Below, one piece after another: positions 26,549 to 33,464 of a DNA stretch of 33,464 bases (position 1 is the stretch's first letter; every line of letters starts with the position of its first letter). Source of the DNA: Nitrospinales bacterium (GTDB taxonomy: Bacteria; Nitrospinota; Nitrospinia; Nitrospinales; JAJDAT01); assembly GCA_046757665.1 (NCBI GenBank), contig JBHHYO010000023.1:1-33464 (forward strand), written 5' to 3'. The notes beneath the pieces were generated by a model. It saw only the letters and a program-made list of their open reading frames with translations, had not been told where the DNA came from and ran no database searches. The translations under genes were made by a program, and so were the position numbers.

Positions 26549-27898
26549 ATGGGAAACGCAAGTAACAATCGGGGATTCTGGGTGAGCCGCATAGGATTCG
26601 TACTGGCGGCTTCCGGCTCGGCGGTGGGCCTGGGCAACGTCTGGAAGTTTCCCTACATCACGGGGCAAAACGGCGGCGGGGCGTTTGTGCTGGTTTATCT
26701 GGCCTGCATCTTCGCCGTGGGGCTCCCCATCATGCTGGCGGAATTTACGCTGGGACGCAAAACCGGCCTCAACCCGGTGGGCGCGTTCAATGCACTGAAA
26801 CCCCGCTCCGCCTGGGTGGGGACGGGCGTCATGGGCGTGCTCGCCGGATTCCTGATCCTCTCCTTCTACGGCGTGGTGGGCGGCTGGACCCTCGCCTACG
26901 TCGCCAAATCCATCGGCGCCGGGGTGACGCACTTCGATTCGCCCCGGCAGGCCGGAGAATTTTTCGGCTCCTTCATCGCCAGTTCCGGCGAAATCATTTT
27001 CTATCACATGCTCTTCATGGCGTTGTGCGTCGCCATCGTGATCCGGGGTGTGAACAACGGCATCGAGAAAGCCTGCGAAATCCTGATGCCGACGCTCGTG
27101 ATCATTCTGGTGATCCTGATGGTCCGCGCCCTGACACTGCCGGGCGCCTGGGAGGGCGTCAGGTTTTACCTGTATCCCGACTTCGACAAGATCACCCCGC
27201 GGGTGGTTTTGATCGCCATGGGGCAGGCGTTTTTCTCGCTCAGCCTGGGCATGGGCGCCATGCTCACCTACGGCAGTTACCTGCCGGCGCGGGAAAACCT
27301 GACCTCGGCGACGGTGTACGTCGTCCTGTTCGACACCCTGATTGCACTGCTGATGGGCATGGTGATCTTCCCGGCGGTGTTCGCCATGGGACTGGAACCC
27401 GCCGAGGGGCCGAGCCTGGTGTTCAGCGTTCTGCCGGCGGTGTTTTCCCAGATGCCCTGGGGCGGGGCGGCGTCGGTGGTGTTTTTCATCCTGCTGTCCA
27501 TTGCCGCGATCACTTCCGGCATCTCCCTGCTGGAGGTGGTGGTGGCCTACTTCGTTGACGAGCGCGGCTGGCCGCGGAAAAAAGCCGTGCTGGTCATGGG
27601 CGGCGTGATCTTCGCGCTCGGCGTGCCGTCGGGGCTGTCCTTCGGGGCGTTGAGCGGATTCAAGCTGATGGGCATGACGTTCTTCGACCTGGTGGACAAC
27701 GTGGCGTCGAACTACCTGCTACCTGTGGGGGGGATGCTGACCGCCATTTTCGTCGGCTGGGTCTGGGGCGCCGGCGAGGCGCAAAAGGAAATCGAAAAGC
27801 ACGAGACGCGGTTTCATTACGCCGCCATCTGGGCCTTTCTCGTCCGCTACGTCGCCCCCGCCGCGGTGGCGGTCGTGTTCGTCGCGAAAATTTTTTAG
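26549..27898 (+). CDS. Sodium-dependent transporter (NSS/SNF family)
   Basis: GSAVGLGNVWKFPY, GGGAF, QAFFSLSLG and YGSY motifs; multiple TM helices. Confidence 0.96.
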   Translation: MGNASNNRGFWVSRIGFVLAASGSAVGLGNVWKFPYITGQNGGGAFVLVYLACIFAVGLPIMLAEFTLGRKTGLNPVGAFNALKPRSAWVGTGVMGVLAGFLILSFYGVVGGWTLAYVAKSIGAGVTHFDSPRQAGEFFGSFIASSGEIIFYHMLFMALCVAIVIRGVNNGIEKACEILMPTLVIILVILMVRALTLPGAWEGVRFYLYPDFDKITPRVVLIAMGQAFFSLSLGMGAMLTYGSYLPARENLTSATVYVVLFDTLIALLMGMVIFPAVFAMGLEPAEGPSLVFSVLPAVFSQMPWGGAASVVFFILLSIAAITSGISLLEVVVAYFVDERGWPRKKAVLVMGGVIFALGVPSGLSFGALSGFKLMGMTFFDLVDNVASNYLLPVGGMLTAIFVGWVWGAGEAQKEIEKHETRFHYAAIWAFLVRYVAPAAVAVVFVAKIF

Positions 27899-27917
27899 TC
27901 CGGTCGGCGGGGCATCT

Positions 27918-29003
27918 TTAAACTTTGCGAAACTTTTGCCCGCGGCCCACGAGGCGATATTTGGGGACCGTCACCTCCGTGCCCTCGCAGGCCTCGACGT
28001 GGCCGATGACCTGGGCGGCGGTTTCATGTTTTTCGCATATTTTCAGGATGTGCTCCGCTTGCTGTGCTCCCTCGACGACCAGGCAAAAGCCGATTCCCAT
28101 ATTGAACACTTCAAACATTTCGGCGTCGGAGACGCCGCCGCGCTCCTGAATCAGTTGAAACACGGGAGGAATGGGCGGCGGCGCGTCGATGACAAACCGG
28201 ATGTTGCCGCCGGCGACGCGGTTCAGGTTGTTCAGCCCGCCGCCGGTGATGTGTGCCATGGCCCGCGCCTCGATGCCGGACTCCCAGATGTCCAGGACTT
28301 CCGGAACGTAAATCCGCGTGGGTTCGAGCAGTTCCTCGCCCAGGGTGCGCCCCAGGGCGTCCTCGAACCGGTGGACGCGGGTGTTTTGCCCGTCCCGGTC
28401 GGCGCCCAGCAGGACCTTGCGGGCCAGGCTGAGGCCGTTGGCGTGCACGCCGCTACTCGCCAGGCCGACGATGAGATTCCCCGGACGGACGGCCTGCCCG
28501 GAATTGATGCGTTCAATGGGCAGGTGGCCGATGGCGGCGCCGATGAGGTCGATGCCGGAGATGATGTCGCCGATTTGCGAGATTTCGCCGCCGCAGATGC
28601 TGATATTCGCCTGCCGTGCGCCTGCCGCCAACCCCTTGCCGACGGCGGCGAACACCGCTTCGTCCGTCGCGGCGCAGGCGATGTAATCCACCATGCTGAC
28701 CGGGCGCGCGCCGACGCAGATGAGGTCGTTGACGTTCATGGCCACGCAGTCGATGCCGATGGTGTCGTATTTGCCCATCAACTCGGCGACGACCATCTTG
28801 GTGCCGACGCCGTCGGTGCAGAAGGCGACGCCTTCGCCGTTGCCCAGGTCGATGACGTTGGCGAAATACCCCTTGCCGCCGCGCACCGGATAGCGGGGAT
28901 TAAGCTCCCAGGTGGGCAGAAGGTGTTTCAGCAGTCCGGACAAGGCGTTTTCCGCCGCCGGGCCATTGACGCCGCTTTGCGCGTATTTGGAGGATTCGGC
29001 CAT
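27918..29003 (-). CDS. purM: Phosphoribosylformylglycinamidine cyclo-ligase (AIR synthetase)
   Basis: YAQSGV, TDGVGTK, GIDCVAMNVND, SSGVHANG, EPTRIY, HITGGG and FNMGIG motifs. Confidence 0.93.
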   Translation of the reverse strand: MAESSKYAQSGVNGPAAENALSGLLKHLLPTWELNPRYPVRGGKGYFANVIDLGNGEGVAFCTDGVGTKMVVAELMGKYDTIGIDCVAMNVNDLICVGARPVSMVDYIACAATDEAVFAAVGKGLAAGARQANISICGGEISQIGDIISGIDLIGAAIGHLPIERINSGQAVRPGNLIVGLASSGVHANGLSLARKVLLGADRDGQNTRVHRFEDALGRTLGEELLEPTRIYVPEVLDIWESGIEARAMAHITGGGLNNLNRVAGGNIRFVIDAPPPIPPVFQLIQERGGVSDAEMFEVFNMGIGFCLVVEGAQQAEHILKICEKHETAAQVIGHVEACEGTEVTVPKYRLVGRGQKFRKV

Positions 29004-29008
29004 CGGTT

Positions 29009-30982
29009 TTATTTTTGAGGATCGGACAGCTCAACGAGGAACAGCCGCAAGCCGTCGTAGGCGATCGATTGTCCTTTCACGCCTCCCAGATGCAGGCTCA
29101 GGGCGTAACGGCCGGGAGGGAAGTACCCCATGTAAGCAAAAAGAGTCCAGTTGCGTGTCCCGGTTGCGTTGGTGGTCTCCGGGAATTTACTGCGGATGCC
29201 GTAATTGGCCTGTCCGGCGCGCAGGTATTGGAATTGCTTGCTTTTCAAATCCTGAACGCCGATGAACGGAGCGGCTAACACATTTTCCGGCTTATTTTCC
29301 TCCGCGGTCAGATTGTAGCCGGCGGCCAGCAAAACCGCCAGGGTATTGCGTTTAAACCGCAGGTTGCCGGGGATTGGCGCTTGCGCGACCATTTGGCCCT
29401 GGCGGCTCGTTTCGAGGATTATAGCATGTTTGCCGGCCAGCTTATGGATATTGTCGAACCTGATTTTGCCGCGGCCGGCAACGATTTTCCATGCGGCGGC
29501 GGTTTCAAAATCTTCCGGAAGCAGGGCCCGGGAACCCGGTCCGGCCAAGGGAAATATTTTCAGGCCGGGCGCGACGGTCTTGCCCTGCAATGTTTGCGGG
29601 ACAACCAGGTTCTGAAAAACCGGAAACTCCCTGAAGCCGTTGTTTACTTTGTAAGCGGCGATTTCGGCGTCGTCCGCGGCGATGATTTTGATGCCGGACA
29701 GTTTGTTCAACCGGAAGATGTTTTTGAGGTTTTTCAGATAGACGCTACGGGCGTATAAGAATTTTTTTGAATCGGCGATGACAATCAAATCGAGGGGATC
29801 GCTGTATTTTTCCACAAGGCGTTTGTAGGCGTGGCCGTTCATGAGCGGGTGGTCCGGCAGGCGGTCGAACAGCGCGATTTTTACGGTGGCTAGGACGTAA
29901 AGCGCCGCCAGTCCGCCTGTCACCGCTACTGTCCTGTTGCCGGGGATGTTTGCTCTGTCGGCAAGGTATTGTCCCGTCCGCACCAGTCCGGCGGCCAGGA
30001 AGACCATGAACAACGGCCAGTTGAAGAGATAGTTTCTGGCGAACCCGGTGAGCCCTGAAGCCAGGTTGACGCCGAAGGGGATCAGGAAAACAACAAGCGG
30101 CAACAGGCGATACGCCGGGCGAGCCGTTTTACCCCACGCCACGCCCACCAGCAAAAACGGCAGAAACCACTGGAGCGCGCCCGGAAAAATTTCCTGAAAT
30201 ACGCGGCCGCTTAATTTCCAGACGGAACCCTCGACGCGCGGGAGATAGTACTCTTTGGCGGCCACGGCCATGTCCTGGAGAAACGGCCAATGCGCCAGGA
30301 GTGACAAGGCGCCCATGACCAGGAAAGCCGCGGCGAATGCCGCCAAACTCCGGTTGCGGGAAGTGGGAGCAATATCGAAACCCCGCGCCAACGAGGGCGT
30401 CAGAAGGGCCATGAGGACCCAGCCGGCAAGCGCCACCGCGAAGTAAACGTTGGTCGGAATGGTATAGACCGACAAAAACCCGCACACGACCAGCGCGCCG
30501 CCCCATCGCCAGGATGGTCCGGATTCCAACAGCCGAATGACGGCGTACGTCATGGCCGCCGAAAAAAACATGATGAGACTGTAACCGCGCGCCGTTTGCG
30601 AATAATGAATATGAATAGAGGAGACCGCGGCCAGGAGCAAGGCCAGCCACGCCGTCTCTTGCGAATGAAACAACCGTCTGGCCAAAAGATAAACCAGCCA
30701 CAGGCCGGCAACGCCGAAAACAAAGACGGGAAAGCGGATGGCAATTTCGTTTTCCTCGCCAAACGCAAGGATCATCAGGCGCACCAGAATGGCATGGAAC
30801 ACATGATCCCCGCCGGCGTTGTAGCGGGTCAGAATGAGTTCCATCGGCGAATACCCCCAGGACAACAGGAATTCGTTTTCGTCGCCTCCGCCCAGGGCTC
30901 GGTCCAGCCCATGGAAACGCAAGCCGATGCCAAGGGCCATCAGCAAGGTGACGATGATGAAGGATGGAATGCGGCGGGTCAT
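29009..30982 (-). CDS. GT-C fold (family 39/ArnT/PMT-like) membrane glycosyltransferase with C-terminal soluble domain
   Basis: First-loop DE motif (GGDENE), IRFP, HIHYSQTARGYSL; many TM helices followed by an extracytoplasmic tail. Confidence 0.82.
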   Translation of the reverse strand: MTRRIPSFIIVTLLMALGIGLRFHGLDRALGGGDENEFLLSWGYSPMELILTRYNAGGDHVFHAILVRLMILAFGEENEIAIRFPVFVFGVAGLWLVYLLARRLFHSQETAWLALLLAAVSSIHIHYSQTARGYSLIMFFSAAMTYAVIRLLESGPSWRWGGALVVCGFLSVYTIPTNVYFAVALAGWVLMALLTPSLARGFDIAPTSRNRSLAAFAAAFLVMGALSLLAHWPFLQDMAVAAKEYYLPRVEGSVWKLSGRVFQEIFPGALQWFLPFLLVGVAWGKTARPAYRLLPLVVFLIPFGVNLASGLTGFARNYLFNWPLFMVFLAAGLVRTGQYLADRANIPGNRTVAVTGGLAALYVLATVKIALFDRLPDHPLMNGHAYKRLVEKYSDPLDLIVIADSKKFLYARSVYLKNLKNIFRLNKLSGIKIIAADDAEIAAYKVNNGFREFPVFQNLVVPQTLQGKTVAPGLKIFPLAGPGSRALLPEDFETAAAWKIVAGRGKIRFDNIHKLAGKHAIILETSRQGQMVAQAPIPGNLRFKRNTLAVLLAAGYNLTAEENKPENVLAAPFIGVQDLKSKQFQYLRAGQANYGIRSKFPETTNATGTRNWTLFAYMGYFPPGRYALSLHLGGVKGQSIAYDGLRLFLVELSDPQK

Positions 30983-31116
30983 GGCTGGCGTGTTGGCGGC
31001 AGGGCGGGGCAAGAAAAACGTGTGGTGGCAAGAGGGCTCATCAGGGGGCGCCGGCGGTGAAACTCGATTCGTCCCGGTCGGTCAATTTTGTGGAAACGTC
31101 GCACGTGCCTCCGGGT

Positions 31117-32541
31117 TCAGGGATAAACGCCCAGTTCCTGCACCGTGCGAGCGATTTTTTCGATGGCGATGGCCATGGCGGCGATCCGGTAGCTGGGGAT
31201 ATCGTCGCGGCTCCAGAACCGTTGGTGGATTTCCTGATACGCCATGCGCATGGTGTCGTCCAGCCCGGAGCGCACCAGGTCGACTTCCCGGGCGCCTTCG
31301 AGGATTTTCCGGGAAAGCTCGCCGGGGACCTTGCCGCCGTTTTTCTCCATGGCTTCCATGAGCAGTTCGCTTTTGTGTTCTTCGTAACGGCGTTGCATTC
31401 TGCCGAAGCGGATGTGGGACAGGTTCTTGATCCATTCGAAGTAAGAAACCGTCACCCCGCCGGCGTTGAGGTAGGCGTCCGGAATGATGACCACGCCTTT
31501 CTTGCGGAGAATGGCGTCGGCGCCGAAGGTTACGGGTCCGTTGGCGGCCTCGGCGATGAGCTTGGCTTGAATGCGCGGGGCGTTTTCCATATTGATCGTG
31601 CCTTCGAGGGCGGCGGGGATGAGGATGTCACAGGCCTCCTCCAGCAGTACGTTGCCGTTCTGGAAATATTTTCCCTTGGGGTAGCCCTTGACGCCGCCCC
31701 GGTTTTTTTTGTATTGCGCGATATCCTCGATGTTCAGGCCCTTGGGGTCGTACAAGCCGCCGTCGTACTCGGCGAGGCCGATAATGAGGGCGCCGTCTTC
31801 CTCCTGGAGAATCTTCGCGGCGTGATAGCCGACGTTTCCCAATCCCTGAATGATGACTTGCTTGCCTTCGAGGGCGCCCTCGAGGTTGGCGTTTTTTTTG
31901 TCATTGGCATGGCGGAAGAATTCGCGCAACCCAAAGACCACGCCGCGGCCGGTGGCCTCGACGCGCCCGCGGATGCCGCCCTCGGCCACGGGCTTGCCGG
32001 TGACGCACGCCAGGTGGTTGATGTCGTTCGGGTTGTGGGACTTGAACGTGCTGGCGATCCAGGCCATTTCCCGCGGGCCGGTGCCCATGTCCGGAGCCGG
32101 CACGTTGGTGGCGGGAGAGATGCAACCCCTTCTCATCAACTCAAAGGCGAACCGGCGGGTGATGCGTTCCAGGTCCTCCTCGCGGTATTTTTTCGGGTCG
32201 ATGGCCAGCCCGCCCTTGGAGCCGCCAAACGGAACGTCCACCAGGGCGCATTTGTAACTCATCAATGCCGCCAGCGCTTCCACTTCGTCCTGATCGACCA
32301 TGGGGGCGAAGCGGATGCCGCCCTTGACCGGAAGCTTGTGTTCGCTGTGGGTGGCCCGCCAGCCGATGAAACTTTCGATTTTCCCGTTGATCTTGACCGG
32401 GAAACGCACCTGGTAAACATCGTGGACGGTTTCGATGTAGTAAGCCAGCCCCGGCGGCAAGTCCAGGGTCGCCTGGGCCATCTCGAAAGTAAGGTTGACG
32501 CTTTTTCTGAAACTGACTTCCCTGGCGGCTTTTGCGGTCAC
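31117..32541 (-). CDS. gdhA: Glu/Leu/Phe/Val dehydrogenase (glutamate dehydrogenase)
   Basis: KGGIRF, KCALVDVPFGGSKGG, PAPDMGT, ATGRG, QGLGNVG, EAANGP and NAGGVTVSYFEW motifs. True start is GTG 32541 with AGGA RBS, not 33219. Confidence 0.95.
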   Translation of the reverse strand: MTAKAAREVSFRKSVNLTFEMAQATLDLPPGLAYYIETVHDVYQVRFPVKINGKIESFIGWRATHSEHKLPVKGGIRFAPMVDQDEVEALAALMSYKCALVDVPFGGSKGGLAIDPKKYREEDLERITRRFAFELMRRGCISPATNVPAPDMGTGPREMAWIASTFKSHNPNDINHLACVTGKPVAEGGIRGRVEATGRGVVFGLREFFRHANDKKNANLEGALEGKQVIIQGLGNVGYHAAKILQEEDGALIIGLAEYDGGLYDPKGLNIEDIAQYKKNRGGVKGYPKGKYFQNGNVLLEEACDILIPAALEGTINMENAPRIQAKLIAEAANGPVTFGADAILRKKGVVIIPDAYLNAGGVTVSYFEWIKNLSHIRFGRMQRRYEEHKSELLMEAMEKNGGKVPGELSRKILEGAREVDLVRSGLDDTMRMAYQEIHQRFWSRDDIPSYRIAAMAIAIEKIARTVQELGVYP

Positions 32542-32727
32542 GGCAATTTTCCTGTGTGGATTGGTTTGGGGTTCAAAGCCAATGTATGTGATTTGCGGAC
32601 GGCGGGCGTCTTTTGCGCGCCCACAATTTTTCTGGTAGTGTAGTAGCAACGCCCTCTTCCAACAAGCATATTCCTTAAACTTTTTTGGTCCAAGGGGGGC
32701 GCCCTCCTGTCGCTTTCGAGGCTTGTG

Positions 32728-33147
32728 ATGCAACAGCGAACCCACGAATTTTATGCGCGCACCCGGGGCCAGGGGCTTTATTCCATTACGGGCGAGATCG
32801 AGTCGTGGTTGCGGGGGCAAGGGATGACGACGGGCATTCTGACGGTGTTTATCGCCCACACGTCGGCGTCGCTGGTGATTCAGGAGAACGCCGACCCGGA
32901 CGTGCTGGAGGATTTGAAGGGATTTTTCAGCCGGTTGGCGCCGGAGGGCGACCCCGTGTACCGCCACACGCTGGAGGGGGCGGACGACATGCCCGCCCAT
33001 ATCCGCTCCGCCCTCACGCAAACCCAGCTGGCCATTCCGCTGGTCAAGGGCAGGCCGGCGCTGGGCGTCTGGCAGGGAATCTACGTCTTCGAGCACCGCC
33101 ACGCCTCGCAAAACCGCAAGATCGTTCTGCACTTGCTGGGCGAGTGA
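32728..33147 (+). CDS. yjbQ: YjbQ/UPF0047 family protein
   Basis: HTSASLVIQENADPDV, H..EGADDMPAHIRS and LGVWQGIYVFEHR motifs. Confidence 0.95.
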   Translation: MQQRTHEFYARTRGQGLYSITGEIESWLRGQGMTTGILTVFIAHTSASLVIQENADPDVLEDLKGFFSRLAPEGDPVYRHTLEGADDMPAHIRSALTQTQLAIPLVKGRPALGVWQGIYVFEHRHASQNRKIVLHLLGE

Positions 33148-33464
33148 AATTGCGGCCGCCGGCAGGCGAATACGGTCACTGTACAAAAAGTGGTTAAAGC
33201 GGTTGATGGTGTTTTTCAATCAACCTCCTGGCCCAACTGACGGCCTTTGGGTCGGCGTGGACGACAAATTCCTGGCCCTTGGCCGCCGCCTTGAAGCCGC
33301 CATTTCCCCAGGCATCGGGATGATACGTGATTTCCAACGGCTTGAAAATTTTTGGGTCAAGATTCCACTCCGTGCGGCGATGATTCTCCTTCGTAAGAAT
33401 TAAATCGTTATCAGTAGTGTCCGGGGAAAATTAAAAGCTTCATTGAAAATATGAGGCTTAGTTA

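Noticed and set aside
30964-32643. 559-aa ORF antisense to GDH
   Set aside because: Codon-registered antisense frame of a conserved gene; no independent coding evidence.
32542-33219. Apparent 226-aa N-terminal extension making GDH 700 aa
   Set aside because: It overlaps yjbQ on the opposite strand and the divergent promoter region; a GTG with AGGA RBS at 32541 gives a normal 474-aa GDH.
33148-33464. Terminal non-coding stretch with a 66-aa ORF and a small GGTTGAT/ATCAACC hairpin
   Set aside because: No RBS or motif support for the ORF; most likely the upstream region of a gene beyond the window.

Overview
GC-rich bacterial chromosomal segment from a flagellated diderm. Gene content and protein styles suggest Nitrospinota or a deltaproteobacterium-like lineage (inference only). 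It has three parts. (1) A mixed housekeeping block: exbB/exbD-like pair, a divergent CobS-like membrane protein, M18 aminopeptidase, Nfu-N, lnt, a BFD-like ferredoxin, a class I aminotransferase, coaD, an orphan protein, a TPR protein and a rhodanese. (2) A flagellar rod/ring/junction cluster, flgF-G-A-H-[two Ig-domain lipoproteins]-I and flgJ-N-K-L, each unit preceded by a sigma54 -24/-12 promoter and a shared candidate enhancer motif. (3) fetAB-like ABC genes, a DegT aminotransferase, uvrC, an NSS-family transporter, purM, a GT-C glycosyltransferase, glutamate dehydrogenase and yjbQ. The most notable signals are the pair of bacterial Ig-like lipoprotein genes wedged between the L-ring and P-ring genes, two different ~180-bp MITE-like elements that each carry a nested GTCAT...TGAC palindromic core (one with a perfect 9-bp target-site duplication), and a CobS-like protein lacking the canonical CobS motifs. 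No rRNA, tRNA, CRISPR array or transposase gene was seen.
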